Assembly: GCA_048885705.1 (NCBI GenBank)
Contig: JBHLLJ010000002.1
Coordinates: forward strand, 1,117 to 65,116
Length of the DNA stretch: 64,000 nucleotides
DNA from: Candidatus Hermodarchaeota archaeon
Lineage (GTDB): Archaea; Asgardarchaeota; Lokiarchaeia; Sigyniarchaeales; SOKP01
Direction of reading: 5' to 3'
This document shows, in pieces, positions 1-7,881 of this stretch. Position 1 is the stretch's first letter, and each line of letters begins with the position of its first letter. The notes under the pieces are model-generated. The model saw only the letters and a program-made list of their open reading frames with translations, did not search any database and was not told the DNA's origin. A program made the position numbers and the translations under genes.

Positions 1-929
1 GATTTTCCGATCCACGAAATACCTTTCGCTAATTTATTTTGAGGATTTTTTGGGATTACTTTTAAAAGGATTAAAAAAATAAAAGCAACATAAGTATAAA
101 ATATAATATTATAATCTCCACGTATAAAGTCTATTTGATACAACTGTCTGTCAATTTGAAAAAGTATTATATAAAAAGTACACAGTGGAAAGAGAACCCA
201 CATAAATATATTACGTAAGCTAAAGATATTTGGGTTTCTTGAAAACCACATTCCCAAGCCTATACCTCCTAAATACATGGTAATGCTTAAATAGAAAAAT
301 TCAATATTACGCCATTCTTCAATAGAATCTACTGTTGGCCCCATAAAGAGAAAGAGGAATATATGAGTACCAAAATTAATGATAAAACATACAATTAGTG
401 TTATTAGTGCTTTTAAAGTACTACTTGAGAATCCCTTATATATTAAGGGGATAAATAAAATAGTTTGAAAGAGAAAAGGAATAAACCAAATTCCGGGCCC
501 CCAAAAGGGTGAAATTCCTAAAAGTAAGAATCTTTCATCCATGATCGAATATAATTGATTAGAAATTATACTATCAAGGTTGCCATAAATAATTAAACCT
601 ATTACTATTGATAAAACATATAAAAGCAGATAAGGAAAAACATACCTCCAAAATTTTTTTTTAAAGTATTTCCATGAATAGAGTTTTTTTAAAGAAGTTT
701 CTCCAACCTGTTTAAATGAAAGCCCCATGTTAAAGCCTAATATCACAACGAAGAATGGAATAGATAGTCTTAGCCAAAGAAATACAACCATGTCCTCCTG
801 CATTATCCAAGGAAGTGCATGGCTAAGTATAACAAATATTATCATAACTGTTTTTAATAGATCTATTTGAAAATAATACTTATTATCTTCAAGTTTTTGC
901 TCAATATTGACATTATTATTTTGTTTCAT
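1..929 (-). CDS. Acyltransferase family 3-like integral membrane protein (3' end runs off the window)
   Basis: Not in the ORF track because no stop lies inside the window. I checked the reverse frame codon by codon and it is open for all 309 codons from ATG (929-927) to position 3. The N-terminus MKQNNNVNIEQKLEDNKYYFQIDLLKTVMIIFVILSHALPW resembles the D-x-L-K...V-x-x-H start of acyltransferase_3 (OafA-like) proteins. The rest is multi-pass hydrophobic. Confidence 0.5.
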   Translation of the reverse strand, partial: MKQNNNVNIEQKLEDNKYYFQIDLLKTVMIIFVILSHALPWIMQEDMVVFLWLRLSIPFFVVILGFNMGLSFKQVGETSLKKLYSWKYFKKKFWRYVFPYLLLYVLSIVIGLIIYGNLDSIISNQLYSIMDERFLLLGISPFWGPGIWFIPFLFQTILFIPLIYKGFSSSTLKALITLIVCFIINFGTHIFLFLFMGPTVDSIEEWRNIEFFYLSITMYLGGIGLGMWFSRNPNIFSLRNIFMWVLFPLCTFYIILFQIDRQLYQIDFIRGDYNIIFYTYVAFIFLILLKVIPKNPQNKLAKGISWIGK

Positions 930-1023
930 CCCTCTATTTATTCTCCTTTTTATTTTAATTTTAATCAAGAATGCTAAAGATGCTGTTATCTTTTTTTTTT
1001 GAATTTATAAAATTTATATTTTA

Positions 1024-1845
1024 CTATTTTAAAATTAATACAATCTTGTCTTTTGGTAGTTTTTCACTTGCATATCTAAGGATCAAACGAGAGAAGTTTT
1101 CTTTATTACTCATTAAATAATTAAAGATTGAATCAGGATTATATTTCGAACAAGTTTTTAGGAGCCAACCAATTCCCTTTTCAATATAATTTTCATTCGA
1201 AATGTTCAACATCTCTTCTACTTTCTGGAACACATAGTTCTCATTAAATTCTTTATATACCATAACTACTTTCAAAAGAAGCACTAAAGAACCTCGTTTT
1301 ATCCATAGCAATTTATCTAAAGCCCATTCGTCAATAGTAATTTTAGCTAACTGCTCATTCCCTTTTTTCGCGAGGAATGGGCCTAGTACCCTTATACAAC
1401 AACTATCACATGTACTCCAAGTATAACAGTAAGTAAAGTATTCAGTTTTAAAAAATAGAGGAGTTTTGTTAGTAAAATGCTTCTTATATCTATTTAGAAA
1501 TAAAAATGCTACAAATTTGTGCTCCTCTATATTGGATTTTGCTAATAGTTTAAAAATTTCTTTTGCATCTTCAAAGGAAGGATCAAATTTATTCTGGATG
1601 TTTCTTGCGACTTTTTCTATTTCGGCAGTTCTTACACCTAAAATAACATAATTAGAAATATCTGGATTTATTATTTTATACATTCTACTTTTTTGATCTT
1701 CAGATAAATTAGGTTTAAGATTATCTAATGAAAGTTTTATTTCTGAAATTACTGTTTCGATATCGACCAATTGATCACCCTTTATTTTTAGTCTGCTTTT
1801 TGAATTTATTTTATAAAAATTTATCCAAATTAATTTTTTTATCAA
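1024..1845 (-). CDS. DNA alkylation repair protein, AlkD-like HEAT-repeat glycosylase family
   Basis: 273-aa ORF with AlkD-family landmarks in the right order: ILGVRTAEIEKV, YTWSTCDS..VLG, LWIKRGSLVLLL, YIEKGIGWLLKTCSKYNPD. The first 35 nt overlap the 3' end of the upstream gene, so the true start may be internal. Confidence 0.7.
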   Translation of the reverse strand: MIKKLIWINFYKINSKSRLKIKGDQLVDIETVISEIKLSLDNLKPNLSEDQKSRMYKIINPDISNYVILGVRTAEIEKVARNIQNKFDPSFEDAKEIFKLLAKSNIEEHKFVAFLFLNRYKKHFTNKTPLFFKTEYFTYCYTWSTCDSCCIRVLGPFLAKKGNEQLAKITIDEWALDKLLWIKRGSLVLLLKVVMVYKEFNENYVFQKVEEMLNISNENYIEKGIGWLLKTCSKYNPDSIFNYLMSNKENFSRLILRYASEKLPKDKIVLILK

Positions 1846-2938
1846 TCTTTTCCAAATATGGAATAATTAAATCAATTTCTTTTTTGTAGAAACCTTCCAA
1901 ATCGTATATGGTGCCGTTTTTAAATCTGTTAAGAATTGACTCCTTGAGATTATTCAGCTTCAATCCAGCCCATTTTAATATGTTATTAGATTTTCCAGTT
2001 TTTACATCTTCTAAGTATTCTTTATTCAACATAATCTCCGAGATTTTATAATTGTAATGTCGAAAATCTTTTGGAATCCACCTTTTCACACGCAGGGGTA
2101 ATTCATACTTCTCTGCTAGCTTAAATAATTTCAAATGCATTTTTTGAACATAATCTCTTGGAGGATGCATTTGACCTTTATATAAATTAAGAAGTGGTTT
2201 TACAACATACTGATAATCACTATTCTTAAGCATTTTTATAAAGTATTCCGCTTGTTGATCTCTCAACGTTACTCCCGGACTAACTAATATAAAATCTGCT
2301 TTAGCTTGTTTGGTTTTTTTAAATACATCTTCCAAATTTTCATCATCATCTTCTAAAAATGGGATGATCGGGATAAAATATGTACCAACATTTATCCCTG
2401 GTGCTTCTTTTTTTACTTTTTTTATTGCTTCAAACCTTTCTGAAGGAGACGATGAATATGGTTCTAAAAATTTGCCTAACTTCTGGTTTGTGGTTGTTAT
2501 TGAGAATCCTATTGTACACCACGTATCATTGGCAATTTTTTTAAGAATATCAATATCGCGAGTAATCAAACTTGACTTAGTAGCGATGTTAACTGGAAAT
2601 TTATGATTATAAATAACTTGAAATACTTTTCTAGTAAGCTCAATGTCATGTTCAATTGGTTGATACGCATCATTTACTCCTCCAGGAGCGATTACATCAG
2701 GTAATAAAGTTCTTGCTCTTGTAAGTCTCTCATCAAGCTTTTTGTGGAAATCAGTTTTTATAATAACTTCATTTTCAAAATCTTCTAAGTAGTATCGTTG
2801 ACTTCGTGCATCACAATAAATGCAAGCATGAGCACACCCAGAATACGTGTTTAAAGTATATCGAGACCAGAACCATGAATCTGGGTATTTAAGTTTATTT
2901 AAAACTGATTTGAATTCTTTATAAACGTATCGAACCAT
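1811..2938 (-). CDS. Radical SAM protein, SplB-like (COG1533 'DNA repair photolyase' type)
   Basis: 375-aa ORF. The radical-SAM CxxxCxxC motif occurs in NTYSGCAHACIYCDA near the N-terminus, with the length and layout typical of the SplB-like family. Confidence 0.65.
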   Translation of the reverse strand: MVRYVYKEFKSVLNKLKYPDSWFWSRYTLNTYSGCAHACIYCDARSQRYYLEDFENEVIIKTDFHKKLDERLTRARTLLPDVIAPGGVNDAYQPIEHDIELTRKVFQVIYNHKFPVNIATKSSLITRDIDILKKIANDTWCTIGFSITTTNQKLGKFLEPYSSSPSERFEAIKKVKKEAPGINVGTYFIPIIPFLEDDDENLEDVFKKTKQAKADFILVSPGVTLRDQQAEYFIKMLKNSDYQYVVKPLLNLYKGQMHPPRDYVQKMHLKLFKLAEKYELPLRVKRWIPKDFRHYNYKISEIMLNKEYLEDVKTGKSNNILKWAGLKLNNLKESILNRFKNGTIYDLEGFYKKEIDLIIPYLEKIDKKINLDKFL

Positions 2939-3024
2939 AATATTGACTATTTATTCAGTATTGTCGAATAATAAAATAAAAAATTTAAGATTAATGAGTA
3001 AAGCAAAAATAAGTTATAATAAGA

Positions 3025-3095
3025 GAAAAAACGCCCTTTTAATATTTATTTTGAAGTGATCCAATATGGAAATGGAAAATATTAGGCGTTTTTTC
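3025..3095. other. 71-nt extended hairpin; candidate small RNA or bidirectional terminator
   Basis: Perfect 11-bp basal stem GAAAAAACGCC (3025-3035) / GGCGTTTTTTC (3085-3095). An inner 8-bp TAATATTT/AAATATTA stem follows a 4-nt asymmetric loop. T-tracts follow the stem on both strands. On the minus strand a TTAAATTT TATA-like box lies about 23 nt upstream. Confidence 0.4.
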
Positions 3096-3252
3096 AACAG
3101 TAACATACAAGTTTGTAAATTTAACTTTTTGCATTTTAAAAAATTTAAAAAAAAAATTTCTAATTCTCATATTCGTGAAACCATCCTTTCGCGAAGTTTT
3201 ATATCAAAAAATTGGCGCCTTTATAGGTGTAAATATCTTACTTTCGTTAAAA

Positions 3253-3357
3253 TGCGCCGCCCGGGATTTTCTTGTGGAATTGAAACACTTCCAAATCATA
3301 TCGAACCCGGGTCACCGGCTTGGAAGGCCGGAATCATAACCCCTAGACTAGCGGCGC
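3253..3357 (-). tRNA. tRNA-Gly (anticodon UCC) with a 33-nt intron in the T-loop
   Basis: The reverse complement reads GCGCCGC-TA-GTCT-AGGGGTTA-TGAT-T-CCGGC-CTTCCAA-GCCGG-TGAC-CCGGG-TTCGA[33 nt]AT-CCCGG-GCGGCGC-A. Acceptor (7 bp), anticodon (5 bp) and T stems (5 bp) are all Watson-Crick. Removing the insert restores the T-loop TTCGAAT and gives a 72-nt mature tRNA. An AT-rich TATA-like box lies about 20-27 nt upstream. The track ORF 3066..3377 is an artefact across this gene. Confidence 0.85.
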
Positions 3358-3406
3358 TAATTCGAGTAAGATATTAAATATAACATTTCTTTTAACTTTA
3401 GTGATT

Positions 3407-4081
3407 TTAAAGAATTCTATAAGTTAATTCATAATAAGTTATAATTCTATTGGAAACAATCCATGCATCTAATGAATGTTGGGAAATAGAAATTAAATTT
3501 TCTGAAAGTTTAAGGATATCTTTTGAGAAAATACTTTTTTGAAAGCCCCCTACAATAGTGATGTAATTCTTAGTTATGTCTTCAGTAAATAATTCCTTAT
3601 AATTATCAACCATCCTTCCTTTTTTCGAAAAGATATAAATTTCTGGGTCGATAAAATTAGTAATAAGTTCAGTTAAAGATCCTTCAAAAAGGCTTATTAA
3701 TTTCGTATTCTCTGTTTCTATGCTTCCATCTATTAACAATTTGGCCATTAATCCCTTAAATCGATTAAAATTTCGTGCGATTCTGATTTCTGGATTGAAT
3801 TTAAAAACTTTATTTTTAATTGTATGGATATATAATTCCAAATTTCCATTCTTGTTTAAGGAGGATCCTAGTGCATTTAGTAGACAACTATGAATTATAT
3901 CTGGTCGTCCTCTTTTTTCTCTATCCTTTATATTTTTCATTGCTGAATGATGTAAAGCATTATCTAAGAGTTGTGAAGCATAAATTCTTGATGATAAATT
4001 TTTTTTAATAGCTGGGTGATCCCTTATACGTTTTGGGATTAATTCTAACCCACAATCGACTAAAATTAATATTAATGGAAT
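3407..4081 (-). CDS. nep1: rRNA small-subunit pseudouridine methyltransferase Nep1/Emg1 (SPOUT), with a non-canonical start
   Basis: The track ORF (3407..3940) starts MKNIKDREKRGRPDIIH, which is the Nep1 RGRPDI motif. The frame is open a further 54 codons, to a TAA at 4103-4105. It encodes the Nep1 N-terminus LILILVDCGLELIPKRIRDHPAIKKNLSSRIYASQLLDNALHHSA with no ATG/GTG/TTG. An ATT at 4081-4079 lies 7 nt after GGAGG and overlaps the Rpp21 stop as TAATT. Confidence 0.8.
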   Translation of the reverse strand: MPLILILVDCGLELIPKRIRDHPAIKKNLSSRIYASQLLDNALHHSAMKNIKDREKRGRPDIIHSCLLNALGSSLNKNGNLELYIHTIKNKVFKFNPEIRIARNFNRFKGLMAKLLIDGSIETENTKLISLFEGSLTELITNFIDPEIYIFSKKGRMVDNYKELFTEDITKNYITIVGGFQKSIFSKDILKLSENLISISQHSLDAWIVSNRIITYYELTYRIL

Positions 4082-4437
4082 TAGTGTTCCTCCCCTTTTA
4101 CTTTATTATCTTTTAATTTATAAAAATATCGAGTAGTTTTGTTACAATCTAGACAGGTTACTGAAATATGAGATCTTTTTCCGCTTGAATGTAATCTAGT
4201 TCTGCTGTTGATCCCAGGGTAAAGCAAGTTCTTACATTTATGACATATTCTTTTTTTCCACGTAATAGGAATTTTAATCTTGGCTCTTTGAGCATATCGT
4301 CTTGCCAAATAAACGTAGCGATTTGCTAAATTTTTATTTTGAGGAAAAGTTTCATGAGCTTTTTGAAATAAATAAAGCATTCTTGAATTTGCAATTTCCT
4401 TTATGAGATATTTTACATTTTTATTATGTTTAGGCAT
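4081..4437 (-). CDS. rnp4: RNase P protein component 4 (Rpp21/Rnp4)
   Basis: 118-aa basic protein. An N-terminal helical region (RMLYLFQKA...LANRYVYLARRYAQRAKIKIP) precedes the zinc ribbon CHKC...CLDC. Position next to Nep1, YhbY and eS19 is typical. Confidence 0.75.
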   Translation of the reverse strand: MPKHNKNVKYLIKEIANSRMLYLFQKAHETFPQNKNLANRYVYLARRYAQRAKIKIPITWKKRICHKCKNLLYPGINSRTRLHSSGKRSHISVTCLDCNKTTRYFYKLKDNKVKGEEH

Positions 4438-4459
4438 CTAAACTATCTTAATTGCGATT

Positions 4460-4732
4460 TTATTTAAATCTTTTAATGTCATAGAGAGAAAGTATGAAAA
4501 TTTTTCCTCTAATATCTAATAAATATGAATTTGTTAATTTTGAGACTTTTAGTGCTAAATCTTCCATATTTGACTTTGTAGCTACAGATTTTAATGCTTT
4601 TAATTTTATTATTTTATATCTCTTTAATAGCTTGGTGACATGATTGATAAATTCATCTGATATTCCACGTTTGCCTAAAATACAGTGTGGTTGTGAAAGC
4701 AAAGCATTTTTAAATTCTTTTTGATAACTCAT
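4460..4732 (-). CDS. YhbY/CRM-domain RNA-binding protein
   Basis: 90 aa. ILGKRGISDEFINHVTKLLKRYKIIKLKAL matches the YhbY pattern (iGk.Gl....v...l..hEliKvk). It sits in the conserved archaeal neighbourhood. Confidence 0.6.
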   Translation of the reverse strand: MSYQKEFKNALLSQPHCILGKRGISDEFINHVTKLLKRYKIIKLKALKSVATKSNMEDLALKVSKLTNSYLLDIRGKIFILSLYDIKRFK

Positions 4733-4827
4733 GGTCCCAGAACTCGGAAAATACGAAAAATTTTTAATCTATTCTGACTTTTAAAACGTATTATATTTAA
4801 TAAAGAAGGATAAAATTAAAGATTAAC

Positions 4828-5253
4828 ATGTCGATTTTTCTAGTAAACGCAGAAATGCTTATTGAGGCAATAGCAGAAAAACTAAAGGAGTATCCCGAGA
4901 TTTCACCACCGAAAGGTTCAGAATTTTGGAAAACAGCTTTTTTCAAAGAATTAGCACCAAATAATTTTGAGAATTTTTGGTATATCAGATGTGCTTCAAT
5001 TCTCAGAAAAGTAAAGAAGTATGGACCCATAGGTGTAAATAAACTGAGGAAGTTTTATGGAGGACGAAATAGAAAAGGTCCTGGACTCCATCACTCTGCT
5101 AAAGGGAGCGGTAAAATTATAAGAGTAGCCTTACAGCAGTTAGAGAATGCTAAATTACTTGAAAAAATAGAAAAAGAAGGAAGAGTAGTTTCAGGAGAAG
5201 GAATTAGTTTACTAGAAAGAATGGCATATGCTATAACAAGGCAAAAGGTATAA
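4828..5253 (+). CDS. rps19e: Ribosomal protein eS19
   Basis: 141 aa. WYIRCASILRKV...YGGRNRKGPGLHHSAKGSGKIIRVALQQLE is the eS19 signature region. Confidence 0.9.
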   Translation: MSIFLVNAEMLIEAIAEKLKEYPEISPPKGSEFWKTAFFKELAPNNFENFWYIRCASILRKVKKYGPIGVNKLRKFYGGRNRKGPGLHHSAKGSGKIIRVALQQLENAKLLEKIEKEGRVVSGEGISLLERMAYAITRQKV

Positions 5254-5278
5254 AATTTGTATTATTTGGGGATCTATA

Positions 5279-5620
5279 TTGAGTAATGATGAAGAATTAG
5301 ACGAAATTAGAAGAAGAAGGTTAGAAGAATTAAAGCAACAAGCAGTACAACAGAAAATAGCAGAAGCTCAAGAGAGAGAATTTGAAGCTAAAAAATACCA
5401 AATAATGCGTAAAATTCTATCATCAGAAGGTAGACAGAGATTAGAAAATATTCGAATGGTTAAACCCGAATTTGCCGAACAAATAGAAATGCAGTTGATT
5501 CAGTTATTCCAATCAGGAAAATTAAGGGGTGCTACACCATTACCAGATAAAGCATTTAAGAAACTTTTAGAACAAATTTCTTCATTTGATAGAAAAAAAG
5601 AATTTAATATTAAAAAATAA
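5279..5620 (+). CDS. PDCD5/TFAR19-like DNA-binding protein
   Basis: 113 aa with a TTG start. The sequence is RRRRLEELKQQ...ILSSEGRQRLENIRMVKPEFAEQIEMQLIQL. It holds the conserved position between eS19 and eL39. Confidence 0.75.
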   Translation: MSNDEELDEIRRRRLEELKQQAVQQKIAEAQEREFEAKKYQIMRKILSSEGRQRLENIRMVKPEFAEQIEMQLIQLFQSGKLRGATPLPDKAFKKLLEQISSFDRKKEFNIKK

Positions 5621-5642
5621 CTTAAAAAAAAAAACAAAGAAA

Positions 5643-5804
5643 ATGGCTCGTAATAAAAATTTAGGATCAAAACTACGAAGGGCAAAAAGGATGAAACAAA
5701 GCCAATCTATTCCTAATTGGGTTACTATAAAAACAAATCGCAATATGAGAAGTAATCCATATTCAAGAAGAGCATGGCGGAATGCTAGATTAAAAAGAGA
5801 TTAA
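5643..5804 (+). CDS. rpl39e: Ribosomal protein eL39
   Basis: Internal ATG of track ORF 5586..5804. MARNKNLGSKLRRAKRMKQSQSIPNWVTIKTNRNMRSNPYSRRAWRNARLKRD matches the ~51-aa eL39 family end to end. Confidence 0.9.
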   Translation: MARNKNLGSKLRRAKRMKQSQSIPNWVTIKTNRNMRSNPYSRRAWRNARLKRD

Positions 5805-5829
5805 AATTAATGTTATAGAATGAAAAAAT

Positions 5830-6276
5830 ATGGCAAAAAAAGAAAAAGAGATTAATTTAGAAGATTTGGAAGAAGAATTAGTAGATTCTGAAGATAATGA
5901 AGAAGAAATTGAAGAGATCGAAGAATTCAGTTTAGACGAAATTTCTGAAGAAGAAGAAATAAGTGAGATTTTTGAAGAAGAAATTGAAGAAAGAGAAGAA
6001 ATTGAAGAAGAGGCACCCAAAGAGGAGATAATAGATGAAAGGATATATATAATCCCCCTCGCAAAAGCCCGTAAGGGTCCAAGAAATAAGAGAGCTAAAA
6101 AGGCTATTAGATATTTGCGAGAGTATATGACTCGTCATTTTAGGCCAGAATCTTTAGTAATTACTCAAGAAGTAAATGAGGCAATATGGGCTCGAGGAAT
6201 TCAAAAACCACCTCGAAAATTAAAAGTAAGAGCCACAAAAAACATTGATGGTCTTGTAGTTGTCTACTTAAGTTAA
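5830..6276 (+). CDS. rpl31e: Ribosomal protein eL31 with a ~69-aa acidic N-terminal extension
   Basis: The C-terminal 79 aa (ERIYIIPLAKARKGPRNKRAKKAIRYLREYMTRHF...NEAIWARGIQKPPRKLKVRA) are eL31. The preceding 69 aa are E/D/I-rich, encoded by GAA-rich sequence. Confidence 0.85.
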   Translation: MAKKEKEINLEDLEEELVDSEDNEEEIEEIEEFSLDEISEEEEISEIFEEEIEEREEIEEEAPKEEIIDERIYIIPLAKARKGPRNKRAKKAIRYLREYMTRHFRPESLVITQEVNEAIWARGIQKPPRKLKVRATKNIDGLVVVYLS

Positions 6277-6342
6277 AATTTTATTATTTTATAGAAAAAA
6301 TTATTCTGTTTTTAATGTATATTAAATTTAAAGAAATAATCA

Positions 6343-7014
6343 ATGACAATTATTAAGGCACAAATATTTGGTAAGAGTCTAATCGGGGTTTATTTAACAG
6401 CAAATAATTCTTATCTACTTTACCCTCCGACGTTAATAAAACCATTAATCAAGAAATTCATAACGATTTTTGAGGAACCATTTTATCCTCTTACAATTAA
6501 TAATTCGAATTTATTAGGAGTTTACCTGGCATCCAATAAGTATGGAATAATTGTACCTCATATTATTAGAGAAGATGAACTTAATAAATTAAAATCTTAT
6601 ATGAATGACTCTTATAATATTGGAGTTTTGAAATCAATCGATAATGCGTTTGGTAATTTAATTTTATGTAATGATAAAGGAGCAATAATTAGTTCCTTAT
6701 TGGAAAATTACAAAGCTGAGATTGAAGATATTTTAAATGTTGAGACTGTAGTTTATGAATTTGCTGATTATTACCTCCCTGGTTCAATATCTTTAGCAAA
6801 TAATTATGGTTGTTTAATTCATCCATTATCAACTGATGAAGAAATAAAATATATTTCTTCTGTTTTAAAAGTCAATGAGGTTGATGTATCAACTGTTAAT
6901 CGTGGTGTACCATTTTTAAGTTCTGGAGCAATTGTAAATGATAAAAGTGGAATTTTTGGTAATGATTGTACAGGCCCAGAAATGATGAGAATTACTAGTG
7001 TTTTAGGTCTATAA
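6343..7014 (+). CDS. eif6: Translation initiation factor 6 (aIF6)
   Basis: 223 aa starting MTIIKAQIFGKSLIGVYLTANNSYLL. The five-fold pseudo-repeat length fits, and it holds the conserved position after eL31. Confidence 0.85.
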   Translation: MTIIKAQIFGKSLIGVYLTANNSYLLYPPTLIKPLIKKFITIFEEPFYPLTINNSNLLGVYLASNKYGIIVPHIIREDELNKLKSYMNDSYNIGVLKSIDNAFGNLILCNDKGAIISSLLENYKAEIEDILNVETVVYEFADYYLPGSISLANNYGCLIHPLSTDEEIKYISSVLKVNEVDVSTVNRGVPFLSSGAIVNDKSGIFGNDCTGPEMMRITSVLGL

Positions 7015-7147
7015 CAACTTTTTAGTAAGTTTTCTTTACATGAAGATGATACTTATTAAATTCTTACTGTTGATAAAATACAAAATTTAATATTTTTAAG
7101 AATATTATGCTATTTTAATAGCTTTGAATTAGTGGTTATAATTATTA

Positions 7148-7375
7148 ATGTCAGAGATTAAAATTTTCAGAATTATTGGCAACTACAAAAAAAATCATAA
7201 AAAATATTTATTTAGGAAGGAAGTACGCGCTTTGAAGGAAAAAGATGCTCTTGAAAAAGTTTTAAGTCAAATTACTTCAATTGGAATATATAGACGACAG
7301 ATCAATATTCAAGAAGTAAAAGAAATAAGTCTGGAAGAATCTCAAGATCATCTTATTCGAGAATTATCAGAATGA
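7148..7375 (+). CDS. rplX: Ribosomal protein LX (eL20 family)
   Basis: 75 aa starting MSEIKIFRIIGNYKKNHKKYLFRKEVRALKEKDALEKV. Conserved position between aIF6 and prefoldin alpha. Confidence 0.75.
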   Translation: MSEIKIFRIIGNYKKNHKKYLFRKEVRALKEKDALEKVLSQITSIGIYRRQINIQEVKEISLEESQDHLIRELSE

Positions 7376-7396
7376 TAAAAAACATAAATATTAGAT

Positions 7397-7816
7397 TTGA
7401 TTAGAATGGAACCTTCTCGAGAATATCAAGAGCAATTGATAAGATTCCGATATCTAAAGGAACAACGTGATATGTTTCAAGGGCAATTAGAAATCATAAA
7501 TGCTTCTCTAAGTAATATTATGAATACTAAAAATACCATAGAGAATATAAAACAAGGTGTAAAAGAAAACGATGAAATTTTAGTGCCAATCGGAGGTTTA
7601 GTAAATTTGAAAGCATCTATTAAAGATACAGAGAAGGTTTTATTAGCTATTACACAAGATGTAGTAATAGAGAAAGAATTAGATGAAGCTGTTGAATTTC
7701 TCAATAAATTAATAGAGCAACATCACAAACAAATTCAATTTTTAACTACACAAATCCAAAATTTGGATGTAACCCTAACACAAATTTCTCAATTTATTCA
7801 ACAAGGTTCTACATAA
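7397..7816 (+). CDS. pfdA: Prefoldin alpha subunit
   Basis: 139 aa with coiled coil, beta hairpins (ILVPIGGLVNLKASI, KVLLAITQDVVIE) and coiled coil. The start may instead be the ATG at 7406. Confidence 0.75.
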   Translation: MIRMEPSREYQEQLIRFRYLKEQRDMFQGQLEIINASLSNIMNTKNTIENIKQGVKENDEILVPIGGLVNLKASIKDTEKVLLAITQDVVIEKELDEAVEFLNKLIEQHHKQIQFLTTQIQNLDVTLTQISQFIQQGST

Positions 7817-7881
7817 GATAAGCTTTTTTTACTTAATACCATCACATTTTCAATCAAATTTTAAAGATCTAGGAGAAGTGA

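Noticed and set aside
3066-3377. 103-aa plus-strand ORF in the track
   Set aside because: It runs antisense through the intron-containing tRNA-Gly gene (3253-3357). Its composition is driven by the tRNA's GC-rich stems, and it has no protein-like features.
5586-5642. Long N-terminal extension of eL39 in the track ORF
   Set aside because: eL39 is a ~51-aa protein, and the internal ATG at 5643 gives a full-length match (MARNK...). The extension overlaps the end of the PDCD5-like gene.
5790-6020. 76-aa Ser-rich minus-strand ORF
   Set aside because: It is the mirror image of the GAA-rich tract encoding the acidic eL31 extension (TTC/TCT/CTT give Ser/Phe/Leu). It is an antisense by-product, not a gene.
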